Source: Centroscyllium fabricii
Lineage: Eukaryota
NCBI GenBank assembly: GCA_051313645.2
Contig: JBNRSN020000003.1
Coordinates: forward strand, 433,318,001-433,382,000
Reading direction: 5' to 3'
Length of the DNA stretch: 64,000 nt
Part shown: positions 63,499 to 64,000 of the stretch, in pieces
Layout: each line of letters begins with the position of its first letter
Numbering within the stretch: the first letter of the stretch is position 1
Made by a program: the position numbers and the translations under genes
Notes under the pieces: model-generated
Told to the model about the DNA's origin: nothing
Seen by the model: the letters and a program-made list of their open reading frames with translations, nothing else
The model's database searches: none

Positions 63499-64000
63499 CT
63501 ACGAGTAAGAGATGGATAAGTAAAAATGGAAAACAAAAAAAAGGAGAAAAAAGCGAACAGAAATAAGAATCACAAAAGCACATGAACAAAAATATTTAAG
63601 CCATGATATTGCAAAAAAAAAACCATTGATACATTACGGTAAAGATAACATTGCATTCAAGATAAACAATAGAAAGAATGATGTGAAATGAGAACAAGAA
63701 TATTTTGACAGAAAGCTCATGCGAATGTAATTACAGTTCTGCAAAACATGCACACCTCAACTTCTGTAAATTATGCTTCAGTAGATATGCCAGGATTATT
63801 TTTTTTGTTTCAAATCAGAAGGCAATGGCTCTAACATACATCACTTGTAATGTCATAAGGAAAATCAACATACAGCTATGAATCCATGTCCTCACAGGGC
63901 GTGTGCTTTGTGCTAAAATCTAATTATGTGAAGGTAAGCACCACTCGTGACAGGTACCTGTCAAGGTCCTTATTCACACAAATTTATTTTTTATTTTTAT

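Overview
Eukaryotic, AT-rich genomic DNA, almost certainly from a cartilaginous fish: it carries HE1/V-SINEs, HER1-type CR1 and other shark-typical repeats. The window holds the 3' half of FNBP1 (formin-binding protein 1/FBP17/Rapostlin) on the minus strand. The exons are a 183-nt insert exon, a 15-nt LSLKL microexon, two HR1 exons, a linker exon and two SH3 exons. Two C-termini are possible: ...KGAMTYI* by read-through, or ...KGT* via a separate terminal exon at 5722. The introns are full of mobile DNA. This includes a full-length but decayed CsRn1-type Gypsy LTR element with TSD, a solo LTR, CR1, L2, RTE and Rex1 fragments, and several GC-rich MITEs (Harbinger-, Tc1/pogo- and hAT-like). The two most unusual items are (1) a composite element with a 5S-rRNA internal promoter and a Rex1-type tail, whose likely partner LINE end lies 4 kb away, and (2) two ~220-bp near-perfect palindromes with long TSDs that carry minimal hammerhead-ribozyme motifs (Penelope pLTR-like). 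All calls were made by eye without database searches, so family names are recognitions from memory and repeat boundaries without a TSD are approximate.
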